Source: Octopus vulgaris
Lineage: Eukaryota
Assembly (NCBI GenBank): GCA_951406725.2
Contig: OX597815.1
Location: forward strand, 165,044,001-165,108,000
Reading direction: 5' to 3'
DNA: 64,000 bases
Shown here: positions 38,315-53,042 of the stretch, piece by piece
Layout of the letters: each line of letters begins with the position of its first letter
Numbering within the stretch: the stretch's first letter is position 1
The notes under the pieces: generated by a model
Told to the model about the DNA's origin: nothing
Databases searched by the model: none
What the model saw: the letters and a program-made list of their open reading frames with translations, nothing else
Translations under genes and position numbers: made by a program

Positions 38315-39278
38315 GTTAATAAAATAGAACATATGCATATATATAAACATATATGTACGTACCTACCTCTACATGTACATATACACGCATATATGTGTAC
38401 AGGACACCAAAAAGACGTCGAACACATAGAGAGACGAAAAACATAGACACAAACCAAGGAACAGGACAAGCAAAAAAGAAAAAAAGAGATACAGGACAAT
38501 AAGCACAACGAAAAATCCCCTTCTTCAGTCGCTAAGGTTTCATCTACGCTACGTTTCGAAGGATAAAAGTGAGACGTATACTTCGAAGAAACTTCCTTCC
38601 TGCGAAAAGCAAATCAATTAAAATTCTGAGATCTTTTCGCAGAGGGGTAAAAAATGGTAAAAAAAGCAAGACGGTAACGACAGTACAAACATATAAACAG
38701 TAAAAAAAAATTATATATAAACAGTTGAAAAATAAATATATAACAGTGAGAGACAGGACAAGGAGAACAAGATAAGAAGGGCTGTTTACGCCAGACGAAA
38801 AAAGTAATGCAAACGCTGGATTATAGTGGACGACGAGAGAGAAAGAATGTCGACCAGTGGCCTTAGAAGGCGGGCGAGAAAAGACAGGATAGCAGTTACG
38901 ACGGAAGTATCGTCGCAGATGGACGACGGGAATGGGGGAGGAGGAGCAAGAGGAAGAGAGAGAAGAAGGGGAATGGTGTGAGGAGACCATGAAGAATGGT
39001 GAGGGGGAGAGAGAGAATGAAGAATGAGAGAGAGAGGAAGAGACAAGTTAAGTGAGGGAAAAAGGACAAAAAAGGGAATGGGAGAGAAAGAAAGATATAT
39101 ACATATAGATATATATACATATATATATACATATATATATACATACATATAGATATATATACATATATATATATATACATATAGATATATATAAATATAT
39201 ATATATACATAAATATACACATATATATACATATATATATGTATACATACATACACATATATATATATATGTATACAT

Positions 39279-39330
<52 letters not shown>

Positions 39331-39436
39331 GCACACACACACATAAAATATATATATATTTTGGTTAATTGTTTTATTCTTTTATATGTTTCAGCCTTGA
39401 GGTTGTGGCCATGCTGGGTCACAGCCAGTATAAAGA

Positions 39437-39542
39437 TGTTTACAGCACTTAGGTTCCCTAAATAGTCAGCAATCTAAGTACTAACTAGGCTTGACATTAT
39501 TGAACTTCAGTGATTGGATGAGAACTGGTGTTTTCAACATGA
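39437..39542 (-). pseudogene. 5S rRNA pseudogene, missing ~13 nt at the 5' end
   Basis: tcatgttgaaaacaccagttctcatccaatcactgaagtt...cctagttagtacttagat...gtgctgtaaac follows mollusc-type 5S with CpG-to-TpG/CpA decay; followed by cttt. Confidence 0.85.
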
Positions 39543-40029
39543 ATATATATAAAGGGTAAAGACCCCCTTCGGTCATGAATGACCATGGGATTGCACCTAG
39601 AAAGTTACCCTCCTAGACACAAGTCCGGGCAAGGTTGTTTATGGAAGACCAGAAGTCGCCCATGCATACCAGCCTCCCCTCTCCATGCCACCAGTGTTAT
39701 CCAAGGGAAAGACAAAGGTCGATACAGCTTGGCACCAGTGACGTCGCAACTCATTTCTACAGCTGATATATATATATATTTATATAAGCTATATTAAATC
39801 TCTGAGCAAGATGTAAACAGTAGCAATATGGAATCATAACATATAATTGCCAACCAAGTGTGGCGTCCTATATGGGATAGTGCTACTGACTTTTACAGCC
39901 CCAGGAAGACATCTCTTCCAGCTGGCTAATGACACGCATTCTGTGTCCAATTAGTATTTGTGAGGAGAGGTCATCGCCCCCATCCCTAGCCTGACGTGAT
40001 ACACCTGATGGTCCACTGATTGACTGTCG

Positions 40030-40799
40030 TGTGCAAGAGAGACAACTGCACTGGTATGGTCATGTAATGTGCATGGACGAAGGCAGCTGTGTAAAGAAAT
40101 GCTGATCTCTAATTGTGGAGGGAACCTGTGGTAGTGGTAGACCTAGGAAGACATGGGATGAAGTGGTGAAGTATGATCTTTGAACTTTGAGCCTCACAGA
40201 GGCAATGACTAGTGACCAAGACCTTTGGCAATGTGCTGTGCTTGAGAGGGCCCATCAAGTGAAGTGTGTTTGTACTGGTGACACATAAAGAATGTTTATG
40301 GCCACATGGAGGCAAAGTTGTTGAGCTCTTTTTGAGTGTTGGGCTTGATGGTGGCAAAGTAGCTGAGTTTCTTTTGAGTGTTGAGCCTCACAGAGGCAAA
40401 GTGGCTGACTTTCTTTTTGAGTGTTTGAGTGTTGGCTGAGTTCCTTTTGAGTGCTGGGCCTCATGGAAGCAAAGTAGTCAAGTCCCTTTCGAGTGTTGGG
40501 TCTAATGGACGCAATGACCAAGGCCATTGGCATTATGTTGTGCTTGAAAAGGAAACCTATCAAGCAGAGCAAAATCACGATTGTTGCAGATACTGATGTC
40601 TTGCAATTGGTACCTATGCTGGTGGCACATCAAAGCACCCATTACACTCTCGGAGTGGTTGGCATTAGGAAGAGCATCCAGATGTTGAAAACCATGCCAA
40701 ATCAGACTGGAGCGTGATACAGCCTTCCAGCATGCCAGTACAGTTAAACTGTCCAACCCATGCCAGCATGGACAATGGACGTTAAATGATGTTGATGAT
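40030..40799 (+). mobile_element. Older RTE 3' fragment (ORF end, 3'UTR, tail)
   Basis: gtgtgcaagagaga...tggtatggtcatgt...cctaggaagacatgggatgaagtggtgaag aligns to 37008-37230; (GAT)n tail. Confidence 0.85.
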
Positions 40800-41011
40800 A
40801 TTTTATATGTATTTACTTTAATTCTTTTATTTGTTTCAGTCATTTTGACTGCAGCCATGCTTGAGCACTGCCTTTAGTTGAACAAATTGACCTCCAAGAT
40901 ATTCTTTGTAAGTCTAGTACTTATTGTATTGGTCCTGGGATTGATGTGCTTGACTAAAGGTGAAACAAGCAAAAGAATTAAAGAATACGCATATCTCTCT
41001 CTCTCTCTATG

Positions 41012-41044
<33 letters not shown>

Positions 41045-41045
41045 G

Positions 41046-41097
<52 letters not shown>

Positions 41098-41188
41098 TTA
41101 TATATATTATTTATTTAAAGGTCACAATACATGTATTAAAGCGCTACTAATAGTTTCATATGTTGAGAGATATTCTATCACAGATCAG

Positions 41189-41219
<31 letters not shown>

Positions 41220-41220
41220 C

Positions 41221-41279
<59 letters not shown>

Positions 41280-41496
41280 TTAAAATTACTAAGTCTCTCT
41301 AAAAGAGATCGCGACAGCGCTACTGGAAATTAATTGATATCGCCATACTAATATGGTAGTCTTATATAAGACTAAAACTGTCGCTTATTAGCTCCATGAG
41401 GCCATCCGTCTTAAGATAGCTACTTGATACACAAACTATATCCATTTTAAGCCTTCGAACAAGGGAGGTCAGCCGCTTTACACTGCTAGTCCAACA

Positions 41497-41539
41497 GCTA
41501 CAGACACGTTTCAGGGTATTTGCCCTTTGTCAATGTAGC
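41497..41539 (-). ncRNA. Type I hammerhead motif with decayed core
   Basis: gctaca-TTGACAA-aggg-caaata-ccct-GAAA-cgtg-TC-tgtagc; 6-bp helix I, 4-bp helix II; core differs from CTGACGA by two transitions. Confidence 0.75.
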
Positions 41540-42224
41540 GTAGCCAGACCCAGCAGGTGTCGCCACTAACGTCTCTGTTCGAAGGCCTTTATTTACCTAG
41601 TTTCGGTGGAATACATCCACTTGTTTTCAATAATAGAAATATTAAAATTACTAAGTCTCTCTAAAAGAGATCGCGACAGCGCTACTGGAAATTAATTGAT
41701 ATCGCCATACTAATATGGTAGTCTTATATATATATACATATATATATATATATACTCTTTTACTTGTTTCAGTCATTTGACTGCGGCCATGCTGGAGAAA
41801 TGCCTTTTAGTTGAATAAATCGACCCAAGGATTTATTCTTTGTAACCCTAGTACTTATTCCATAGGTCTTGTTTGCTGAACTGCTAAGTTATGGGGATAT
41901 AAACACACCAATAAGAAGTAAAATGAGGATTCCGATAAAATCAGGTACTTGAAAAGGTATGTACCAGGTAGGGTTGGGTAATGTCTGTGGTTCCAGCTTA
42001 TGGTTGGTGTGAGTTGAAACATCAGATAGGATATTTCAGTTGTGTACACAGAGAAAGCCAACCCTGTGAGTATTTAGCACCTAAGTGGCTGTTCCAAATT
42101 ATGTGTTCCTTTGAGTAGTATGTGGTTGGTATACTCCAGGGTGTCCAACAAGTCATAAATTCCCTTTGTGTATTATAATCAAATGAATAAAAACATACAA
42201 TGGATAATTGTTTCATTTGATTAT

Positions 42225-42275
<51 letters not shown>

Positions 42276-42448
42276 GTATGTATGCATGGCTGTGTGATAA
42301 GAAGCTTGCTTCCCAACCACATGGTTCCAGGTTCAGTCCCACTGTGAGGAATCTTGGGCAAGTGTCTTCTGCTATAGCCTCAGGCCAACCAAAGCCTTTT
42401 GAGGGGATTTGGGATTTGGTAGACAGAAACTGAAAGAAGCCCTTCGTA

Positions 42449-42489
<41 letters not shown>

Positions 42490-42712
42490 TTGTTTTTGTG
42501 TCTGTGTTTGTCCCCCCACCATCGCTTGACAACCAGTGTTGGTGTGTTTACATCCCCTGTAACTTAGCAGTTTGGCAAAAAGAGACCAATAGAATGAGTG
42601 CTAGGCTTACAAAGAATAAGTCCTGGGGTCGATTTGTTTGACTAAAGGTGGTGCTCCAGCATGGCCGATGACTGAAACAAGTAAAAGAATAAAAGAATAC
42701 ATATATGAATAC

Positions 42713-42764
<52 letters not shown>

Positions 42765-43277
42765 TTGTTTATTTATTTATTTATTTATATTTTGTTTGTG
42801 TCTTCGTCTTCTTTGAAGAGCGATTTTAATTAATTCCTTCACAGGTCTCTAAATACAGATCACCATCTTCTCCAGTGTTGTTGTTAATGTTGCTGAACAA
42901 TGTTAAACTTTCAGCTGTTCAAAAATGGTTGTGAAATCATTTTATTGATTGTTCTGCAAAAACATTACTTCCCAGACTTATTCCCAATAGCAGCTGCCGA
43001 CCCCACCCTGCCTCTTCCTCACGTTTCTCTCACTTTACTTTGCAGAATATATTGAAATCACTCCCTCTCTGCAAAGCAGAAAAACCAAACTCCTCACAAA
43101 AATATATACATACATGAACACTAAAACACATAAAAATACATACATACATGTATACACATGCACACCTACATTTATAGATACATACATATATACCTACATA
43201 TACATATATACACATACACACACACATATAGATAGATAGGTTGATAATTAGACAGATTGATAGATACACACACACAG

Positions 43278-43330
<53 letters not shown>

Positions 43331-43356
43331 TATTTATACATACATACATACATACA

Positions 43357-43390
<34 letters not shown>

Positions 43391-44047
43391 TGCATGGTTA
43401 TATACAAACATACACACACTTTCGCAAAATCACACATACACACACACACATACATTGCATATATACAATTCTCCATGTATTCATTCAGTCATGCACACAT
43501 ACATGCATATTTACCTACCCACACACACATACATAGATACATTACATAAATATACATACTAATAATCACAGATAAAAGAACAGTTAAAGTGTACATTAAT
43601 TCATGCACACACAAATAAGCACGCATAATATGAAGATAACCCGAGCAAGCACTCATAAAATTGCATGCATATATCTATTCTCATTAACCATACATCATAT
43701 AAATATACATATGCAAATATGGACACAGATAATGTGTCAACATAACACAAACAAGTTTGGTTTGTGTGATTTAAACACAAACGTATTTGTCATATACACT
43801 TCTCTCTTCCTGCCAAATTACCCATACGTTGTCTCGCTCTCTAGAACACCTACATGTATTCGTCGTGCTTTTTACATAATTCTTCCTCTTAATATAATTC
43901 CATATTCTCTAATCATGTCTTCTTAATGTTAATCGTATTATAATTCAAATGACGTGAATTACATATGGTCAAAAGGAATGGTTTGTTGGTTAGTCAAGTG
44001 TTAGAAAGTCAATGATTTGTAACTTTGACAAAGATGCTTAGCATGTG

Positions 44048-44103
<56 letters not shown>

Positions 44104-44227
44104 ATGCATGTGTGTGTGCATTTGAATATACATACATATATTTAACCCCACACATAATATCTATATCTATCTATACTCAGCCATAAATAACAATTTAAGA
44201 GCAACTGCTCCATACTCAAAATTACAT

Positions 44228-44407
<180 letters not shown>

Positions 44408-45059
44408 GTAGACAAGGATATATAACATGTAGTCAGGAGGTAGATGGATAGATGGAGAGAAAGTAATGCTGGCAATGCTGCACTCAAATTGAAGATGTGT
44501 GTGCATGCATGCATGCTCACATACACATGTGCTTGTGGGTATGTGTGTAGAGAGAGAGATCATAACCACTTAATGTCAAAATAAAATGGATTAAGCTCGA
44601 GCGTAATGAGATACATACACACTATTTTTCTAGTTATGCATGAAGTCATAAATTTACAGTTGAATGGCGTAATATTCATATTTTTAACGAGAGCATTAAT
44701 GATAAAAGCAAAAGAATTACCATTGGATTTTGAAACCAGATGAAGGAATCACCATAAACTTACTATGATATCCATTAAATGCATTCATTATACATTGACA
44801 TCATTGCTGCTATACAGATGTATAACAAATGCAAACACACACACACACATATGTGTGTGTGTTCTAAAATCTACACAGCCTTGGTTTTATTTATCTCATT
44901 ATAAAAAAAATATTTTTTATATACACACGCTGACATATGACAATGTTGAACCCTTATTCGCATAATCACCGAACCTGAAACTTAACTATGGTCTATCTAG
45001 AGCACTTATTCCGCATTACCTGATACTTTTGGGTCTCAATGACACCATTACCTCTCATA

Positions 45060-45119
<60 letters not shown>

Positions 45120-45715
45120 CATCATCATCATCATCATAGTTTAATGTTCACTTTCCATGCTCGCATGGGTTGCACTGTTTGACATTTATTAGAAGAACTT
45201 GATTAACTTGAATAATTTTTTCGTATTCTTGAAATAATTTCTTGGCAAAATTTCTACAGCTGGATGCCCTTCCTAACGCCAACCACTCTGAGAGTGTTGT
45301 GGGTGCTTTTTACATGCCACCAGCACAGGAGCAAGTCAGGGGGCCCTGGCATCAGCCACGTTCAGATTGTGCTTTTTATGTTCCACTGGAATGGGAGCCA
45401 GTCAGGGGACACTGCCATTGACCATATTCAGGTGCTGTATTTTATGTGCCACCAGCATAGGAGACAGTTAGGGGGCACTGGCATCGACCACATTCGGATT
45501 GGTGCATTTCATGTGCCACTGGCACGGAAGCCAGTGAGGCAAAAAATATATATATAATATACAAATAAACATAAGTTACATGATGATGCCCCTGCATGGC
45601 CACAATTGATAGCTAAAACCAGTAAAATATAAAAAAAAAATTAGAGCAAATACTGACAGGAATATATTTGAGCAAGTACACACATGTGTTAATGCATTTT
45701 GTGTGTCTGTCTGTG

Positions 45716-45805
<90 letters not shown>

Positions 45806-47021
45806 CCTTACATAGATAGAGATATATCATCAGCATCATCACCATCATAATTTAATGCCCATATTCCATGCTGGCATGGCTTGGGTGGCTTGACAGGAGG
45901 TGGCAAGCCAGAGGACTGCATCAAACTCCACTGTCTGTTTTGGCATGGCTTTTACAGCTGTTCCTTATCATCATCATAATTTTAACACCCACTTTTTCAT
46001 GTCTTCATAGTTTGGAAGGAAACTATTGAGACAGACTTTCTATGCACAGATGCCCTTCCAGGTAGAGAAGTAGAGGAGTATTCAAGTACTCTCTATAGCC
46101 TGGTAACACTATGAAAACAATATGAATGACTTAGTAGAACTGTGTAAGTTATTTACAGAGATGGAGCCAGCAAGGTTGTTTAGGCTGTTACAAACTCTTC
46201 CATGGTACTCTTGTATGCAGATCATTAAGTTCCCATAAATTAATCTGTTAAATATTCTAAACAGAGAAGCAAAGCTTCAAATCAAGGGTTCTTCAGTTAA
46301 GCTTGAACAAGAACAAAAAATAAATTTAATGAGCAGAAATGAAGAAGAGGACCCTTCTGGTGTCTGGGGAGTGGCCACACTTGAAATGTATGTAAAGATT
46401 GGGTTGGAATTCCATATGATGTTACCAATGCCTGGAGCCTGGTGCAGCCATCTGGTTCGCCAGTCTTCAGTCAACTTGTCCAACCCATGCTAGCATGGAA
46501 AGCGGACGTTTAACGATGATGATGATGATGAATGCATAATATGAGTGCACAATCAATGAAATAAGATTACAGGCAAGCTGGCAGAGGAGGAAGTTTCCAT
46601 GTTCAGAAGGTTTCATTGAAGTAGTGGTTAACTTCTGTTACCAAGGGGACAGTGGAGATAAATATTTCGAAAATGTAGAAATGAGTGAATAAGAATAGGA
46701 AGGAAGATGTTTAAGGAACTGCTATTAGTTCTGGCAACAAATGGATTACTTCCCCCTTGGAAAGAGAGTAGACTTTATGGAGTTTGTAGCAATTCAGAAG
46801 GAAGGAACTTTAGAACAGGGTGACTGAGGAGAGGACACATGGTGGGGTGGGGTGGGGGGAGAAGCGGTGAAAGGTTACTTCAGGAAGTTGAACCTCAGAA
46901 AGGGGACAAGTAGCAAAACACTGACCTGGAGAAGACAAGCCAACGCATGCAAGCATAGAAAAAAGTGGATATAAAAGTGATGATGGTGATGATTATGATG
47001 ATGATGATGAGGATGATGATT

Positions 47022-47052
<31 letters not shown>

Positions 47053-47603
47053 GGATATATATATATATATAATATATCTGAGTTGTACATGTCTAACAAG
47101 TGACTTGATAGGTCATGCGTGTGCTGAAACTGAATATTGCATGAAAGAGTCATTTTGGTCATTTAATAATAATAATAATGCACAAAAGTCATTAAATTCA
47201 GTTGTAATTTATTTTATGAGATGTCAATATTTTCAGTGCACTAACATACTGCACTGGACAAGTTGCAGTTGTGCAAAAAAAATTTTGACATCTCATGAGA
47301 TAAATTATAAGTGGATTCAATGGTTTTAGTGCTTTATTAAATGGCTGACATGACATATACATACATACATACATACAAACACACACACACACATATACAT
47401 ACATACATACATATATACACACACATACACACTCTATATAAATATAGATACACACACACACTCACACACATATACACAATCATTTAGTCATTCTCTTTCT
47501 TGCTCTCTCTTTATATATATTTCAAAATGTAACCACATGTGAATCGTTAGTGATTTTTTTCCCCCTCCACCTTCCTTTTCTATTGGACTTTCCTCTTTCT
47601 CCT

Positions 47604-47638
47604 GTTTCTGAAGAAGAGCTTTGCTCGAAACATAAAAT
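47604..47638 (+). ncRNA. Minimal hammerhead motif
   Basis: gttt-CTGAAGA-a-gagc-ttt-gctc-GAAA-ca-TA-aaat (ca probably from CpG decay of cg). Confidence 0.7.
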
Positions 47639-47747
47639 CACCTTTCTTTCCTTCCCTGAGCATCTGCTAATACCTTACCTGTACCATGTCCTCGCGTTGT
47701 TGTTTTTTTGTGTTTGTTCTTTTTTTTTTTTTTTGAGATTTACTATG

Positions 47748-47784
<37 letters not shown>

Positions 47785-47819
47785 TTATTGGACGCTCAAG
47801 AAGGAAGGAAAGAAGGAGG

Positions 47820-47854
47820 GTTAAACGTTTCGAGCCGAGCTCTTCGTCAGAAAC
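47820..47854 (-). ncRNA. Minimal hammerhead motif
   Basis: gttt-CTGACGA-a-gagc-tcg-gctc-GAAA-cg-TT-taac. Confidence 0.75.
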
Positions 47855-48074
47855 ATAGGAAAAGGAAAGATCCAAAGAAGGGAAGACGGAGGAAAAAAAT
47901 TGCCAATGGTACACACGCGAAAGGAAAAATCCAAGGGAATAATTACAAGGTAGCTAAATGTTGCTTAAGTGTCCAGGATTTAAATCCAGAACCGTAAGTC
48001 ATATTTAGTAGAAAATAGGAAAATTGAATAAGTAGATGAACTAAATAAGAGTTTGTTTCCTTAATCAATTTTCC

Positions 48075-48136
<62 letters not shown>

Positions 48137-48147
48137 TGTGTGTGTGT

Positions 48148-48458
48148 GGAGGCACAATGGCCCAGTGGTTAGGGCAGCAGACTTGCCGTTGTAGGATCAC
48201 GGTTTCGATTCCCAGACTGGGCGTTGTGAGTGTTTATTGAGCAAAAACATCTAAAGCTCCACGAGGCTCCGGCAGTGGGTGGTGGCGATCCCTGCTGTAC
48301 TCTTTTGCCACAACTTTTTCTCACTCTTTCTTCTGTTGGCCTGCTCACTTAGCCAGCGGGGTGGTGTCATTTGAAGGCTAAAACAATGCGGAGCGCATTG
48401 TGACCAGCGATGTGTAGCAACAACTGATAGCCTGGTCGGTCACGGTGATCACTGTGAT
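48148..48458 (+). mobile_element. tRNA-derived SINE (further family)
   Basis: Head ggaggcacaatggcccagtggttagggcagc...ggtttcgattccc with A and B boxes; ends in short gtcacggtgatcactgtgat repeat. Confidence 0.75.
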
Positions 48459-49613
48459 TTATATATATATAATTACATATTAAGTGTAAATTATATGAAT
48501 TATATTATATATATATGTTTATATAGCATTAGGAAGGGCATCCAACTATAGAAACTATAATAAAAGCAAAGCACTGGAACCTGTTGTATGTTGTTGAACC
48601 ATCCAAGTCATACCAGTATGGAAAGTGAAAGTAGAATGATGATGATGCACAAACACACACACACACACACAACTTTGTTCAAAAATCTTTTATTCACACA
48701 GAACAACTTTTGTCCAGCACATTGCCATGTTATTCACTGCTTCTCTCATGAAACATGTTGATTTGTTCCGAGTTATGTTAAAGATAATGAATGGAGGATA
48801 CTTGTCGATTTGTTCTGAGTTATGTTAAAGATAATGGATGGAGTAATATTTGAATTACAAAAGGGATGTTTAGTGCAACATTGATGTTTTTCCGATAAAT
48901 ATTCTTTATTTGTGATCTCAATGTGTTAGCCAATGGCTTAATCTGAATCAGACAACAGAACTAACAAACAACATTCGAACATTTCTATCACAATTTTAGT
49001 TAAGGATGCACATAAGTGATGAGATAAAAGAAAAAATTTCTCAGAAATCTCAAAGGTAATATCAAAATATATGAAACACATAATTGTCTTGTGATTTCCC
49101 CAGTTGTTGATGCTTATTTCCATGGCAAGCTCACTATCATTATTAACTTTCCAGTAACTTCAGACAAAAGCGATATTTTGTCTTCTATATTTGTGTATGA
49201 GTACATACATATTTGTACGTATATACATAATTCCTGTCACATGTACTCAAACACATATATACACATATATATACAAACATATTGGTGTAAAATACCCACA
49301 AACATACAGGCATACATGCATATATACATACATGCATACAAACACACACATGTTTATACATACATATATATCCATTCATTCATTTTATGTCCATCTTTCT
49401 ATGCTGAGACAATTGGAAGGATACTTATTTGAGATGGTGTTTTATAGCTGGATGCCCTTTCTACTGCTAACCCTTGCCTTTCAAGTATAGGATATTTTTT
49501 ATTCATCTTCTTTGAAGCCTCAGACCTGCTGGATATAATGTTCACTAAGAATGTAAACACGGCTACACAACTTTTAGTTCAGCAGTCTCTTTGCAAACAA
49601 GTAGAAACAACAA

Positions 49614-49646
<33 letters not shown>

Positions 49647-49740
49647 TATGGGTATGTGTACTTCCTACTATGGCTGTAGGCTGACAAAATCCTTGTGAGT
49701 GGATTTGGTAGACAGAAACTACAAGATGTATGTATGCATA

Positions 49741-50029
49741 ATTAATAAAGCACAGAAATCAAGCAAGGTATTCAATGCTTTATAGAACATACACCGACTT
49801 CAGAATATTACTACCATGAAGGCATAACAGCTGTTGAAATATTATATAATTTGGGAAATCACTTCTTCAGTGTTCAGTAATAAATGCCATTTATTGCTGA
49901 ACACTTAAGAGAGTTTTGGAATATTATATAATGTTTCAACAACTGTTATGTAATTATGACAGTAGCTTGCCAAATGTGTGTATGTTCTGTAAAGCATTGA
50001 TTCCCATTCCTGTTCCCTATTTATTAATA
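49741..50029. repeat. Old foldback palindrome centred at 49887
   Basis: gtgttcagtaataaatg-c-catttattgctgaacac core; outer matches tcaatgctttatagaacatacac / gtgtatgttctgtaaagcattga and attaataaa / tttattaat. Confidence 0.85.
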
Positions 50030-51047
50030 CTATAATGTGGTTTATATTCCATACTGTAGCCTATCCTAAGGTTTGATGCCCCATGTCCATATTACACTGG
50101 AAACAGGAGTGGAATGGGACCCTCTAGTGAACCCAAACTTTGGTTACCTGTTGTGCTTCTCTTTATCTGTCTCTCTATACATACATACATACATACATAC
50201 ATACATACATACATACATACATACACACCTGAATAGGGAAGAATGGAAATGAAGGATACAGTATAACAGTGATCACACAATGTCAAGACAAGGAGACATC
50301 AAATCACACACTTACACACACATACACACACATATATGATGGGGTGATGAAAAGTTCCTGGCTTTTGGTAAAAGGAAAGATAGGAGAGTCAGTTAATTAT
50401 GATTTTATCCAACATATTCCCCTCTCAGATTCACATACATATTGCAGTGGTCCTTCCGTTTTTCTAAGCCCTGTAAAAGAACTTGGATGGTTAGGCTTCT
50501 AATCAGGCCTTTCATGATACCCTTAAAGCCAGTAACTTTTCCATATGTATGTATACACATGTGTATATGATAGGTTTCTTTCAGTTTCCCTCTACCAAAT
50601 CCAATCACAAAGTTTTGGTTGGCCCAGGGCTGCCGTAGAAGACACTTGCCAGAAGCACCATGCAGTGAAACTGTACCCAGAATCATGTGGTTGGGAAGCA
50701 AGTTTGCTTATCACACATCCACACCTGTGCTCAGCCATGCCTGTACCTTATATATACAATGTACGTATATATATATGTATGTATATATGTATGTAAACAT
50801 GTGTGAAGGTGCATGGCTTAGTGGTTAGGGATTCAGCTTTTGAGTTCAATTCCAGATGGTGTGTTGTGTCCTTGAGTAAGGCATTTTATTTCATGCTGCT
50901 CCAGTGCTTTCAGATGGCAAAAATGACTAGCTCTGGTTATCCTATGCTATAGTAGAAGACACTTGCCCAAGGTGCCATGTAGTACGACTGAACCTGTAAC
51001 CATTTGGTTAAGAAGCAAGCTTCTTACTGCACAGCCATGCCTGTACC

Positions 51048-51118
<71 letters not shown>

Positions 51119-51971
51119 ATATATATACATACATACATACATATATATATATCTTTTTTTTTTATTTCATCTAGTTTCAGCTCATGAGCTGTGGCCATGC
51201 TGGGGCACTGCCATTTGGTGTTGCTACATAATTTTGCTTCACAAATGCTTTTTAGCAATTGACATTTGGTGCATGAGAGAGTTTGATGCAGCTGCCCTCA
51301 TCTGCACCTCCTGCTGCAAAGTTGGTTCATTTGGGACATTTTATTCTACCTGTGGTATTTGAGCACTATTTCTCCCCCTTGTTTTGTACCCATGTGCTCA
51401 CATGTGTATGTATGTGTGTGTATGTACATCTCAAAATGCTGAGCCTTATGAAGGAGATGACAGAGACCTGAGATATGTGGCATATTGCCCACTGCAGAAT
51501 TGATGGTATCATGTAAAAAACATTGGTGTAGTTGCTGGTGTTACATAAAAGCACTGGTGATGGTGCCATGCAAAAAAGCACCCAGTACACTCTGTAAAGT
51601 GATTGGCTTTAGGAAGGGTATCCAGCTGTAGAAACCAAACCAAAACAGACCATGGAATCTTGTGTGGCCCTTGGCCTTGCCAGTCCCTGTCAAGCCATCT
51701 AACCCATGCCAGCACTGAAAACAGACATCTCTTAACATGATAGCAAAGTAAGTAGGTAAATAAAAGGAGACTATGATTCAACAGATATATGGGAAAAGTT
51801 TTATTTGCTTAATTCTTGACCACTATATATCATTCTGGGAATGGTGTAAAAAGGTAGGATATGTGGTGATACGAGCCAAATAAATATGAAGCAATATTTG
51901 TCCACAATTTTCATCTCATATCTTTTATGTTGTTACTTTTACAAATACAAAATAAAATTTATTTATTCAAC

Positions 51972-52028
<57 letters not shown>

Positions 52029-52970
52029 AGTCTTGTTACTACTGCAGAGGAAGAGCACAAAGACAACTATTAGTAATATTTATATCAAACAATATTATGC
52101 ATACAAATACCATTGCTTATTAAATAACTGTCAAAATCCCATTACCAACCCAAAAACATCATAAAAAAAATTTATTTGGACTATTGCAACACATAGCTAA
52201 AACAGATATCACAGCTAACACTATCGATACCATTAGTTATTGTATAAATAAATACCATCAATATTATATAAACAAATACTATCATTTGTTATCATAAATA
52301 TTGATTTGACAAATAATACCACCAGAAAAAAAATAAGCATCACTATAGTTACAACTGTTAGAAACATAACTACAATAAATAGTATTATTACAAAATGTTT
52401 ATATGTATGTTCTAGTTTGTCTACCCCTAATATTGTTTTTATAGAATCTACATCCAAAGTATATATTTTATCGTTTACTTCTTTTAATCTTTGGGATGTG
52501 GCCATACTGGGGCATCTCCTTGAAGGGTTTTATCCAAAGGAATCATGCACAGTACTTCTCTTTTTTTTTTTTTTGAAGTCTGGCACTTATTCTATCAATA
52601 TCTTTTGCTGAACCATTAAGTTATGGAGATGTAAACAAACCAGCACCAGTGGTGGACAAATACAGATAAAGATACATATGCACATATACTACACACACAC
52701 TCACACACACATATACTACACACACACACACGCACACACACACGTATGTATATATATATATATATATATATGATGAACTTCTTTCAGTTTCATCTTCCAA
52801 ATCCACTTAACAAGGATTTCGTTGGCCCAGGGCTCTATCAGAAGGTACATGCCCAAAGTGAACCTGGAACTATGTGGTTGGGACGCAAGCTTCTTACCTC
52901 ACACCCATACCTGTGCTGAAAAATATTTTTTAGCGCCACTTCCCTAGATGGTTCTGAAATAAAATTCATT

Positions 52971-53042
52971 CGATATTACCAGGATTCAAACTTGGAATTT
53001 CTGATCTGGAGTCAGACATGTTATCCATTGTGCCACAAGTCA
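52971..53042 (-). pseudogene. tRNA-Arg(ACG)-derived pseudogene; anticodon now reads CCA
   Basis: gtggcacaatggataacatgtctgact-cca-gatcagaaattccaagtttgaatcctgg..atcg tracks the metazoan Arg-ACG body with CpG decay; acceptor stem and TTC disrupted. Confidence 0.8.

Noticed and set aside
40310-40510. Regularly spaced ~40-bp repeats resembling a CRISPR array
   Set aside because: Degenerate tandem repeat within an RTE 3'UTR; no unique spacers; eukaryotic context.
42830-43090. Unique, less AT-rich segment as candidate first exon or promoter of the Ly6 gene
   Set aside because: No ATG-initiated signal peptide ending at a phase-1 donor was found.
48760-48843. 47-bp tandem duplication
   Set aside because: Ordinary local duplication with no further structure.
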